A stretch of 64,000 nucleotides of DNA, taken from positions 1 to 64,000 of the forward strand of contig JAQGDQ010000592.1 in NCBI GenBank assembly GCA_030141605.1. Direction: 5' to 3'. The stretch is from Tubiluchus corallicola. Its lineage: Eukaryota > Animalia > Priapulida. The notes beneath the pieces are model-generated. The model did no database searches and was not told the DNA's origin. It saw only the letters and a list, made by a program, of their open reading frames with translations. Every line of letters starts with the position of its first letter. The first letter of the stretch is position 1. This document shows positions 63,444 to 64,000 of the stretch, piece after piece. The translations under genes and the position numbers were made by a program.

Positions 63444-64000
63444 GTATATTTTTAACTTTCCAGTTATATTATTAATTTAATAATTAATTATAACCAGGAA
63501 TTTGATAGAACAGGCTAATAAGCAAAAATATAAAACTTAGCTAGCACAAGTGATGATTATTTGGCCGTTTTCCAAATTTTATGTTGCCGTTTTTGTGAAT
63601 CATCCTAAAAAAATGTGTCCTTAAAATGTTGTAACTTGTTATTTCTGGAAAAGCTATAAACAGATTTATCCTAATTAATGCAACCTTTTTTAACTAGTAT
63701 TGTGCTGGATTCAGTATATCATCTTTGCTTCTGTACAGAGACATCACTTCCACAAAATTACCCATCATTTCCTGATATGCTGACACAGCATAGCACTGTT
63801 AAACTCAGGTTTCAGAATAAGTAATTGTGCTCAAGCATGAAACTAAAGTCCAGTTGTATCTGCATTATAAATGTGATTGACTGAATATCTTGTAATAGCT
63901 TTTGACCATTATTCTTCTGTCCAGCTTTTACCATCCTTTTCCTCACCATGGATTTGTTTTTACACGGTGTTTTCAAACTTTCTCCATTGATTCTTCATCT

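Overview
AT-rich, intron-rich animal (probably invertebrate) genomic DNA; the species cannot be determined from this window. Three spliced protein-coding genes were assembled by hand with consistent GT-AG boundaries and reading phases. (1) A complete OSR1/SPAK (fray-type) STE20 kinase, + strand, 13 coding exons, 1672-16741, about 483 aa. (2) A complete UBE3D-family (HECT_2) gene, - strand, 9 coding exons, 27494-20253, about 402 aa, tail-to-tail with the kinase. (3) ANAPC1 (APC/C subunit 1), + strand, 31 coding exons from 38443 to 63443 (about 1239 codons), head-to-head with UBE3D and running off the window. Introns and the 11-kb UBE3D-ANAPC1 interval are full of transposon debris: a hAT transposase relic, CR1/L2/RTE-type LINE fragments and several MITEs. 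The most distinctive non-genic structures are an intact 955-bp TIR element (perfect 38-bp TIRs plus TSD) built from a chain of overlapping palindromes, an exact head-to-tail dimer of two diverged non-autonomous Helitrons, a 145-bp-arm foldback in a UBE3D intron, and a 20-copy 29/30-bp minisatellite. I found no CRISPR, rRNA or intact tRNA and cannot support a claim of a wholly new biological system. Family assignments come from recalled motifs, not from database searches.
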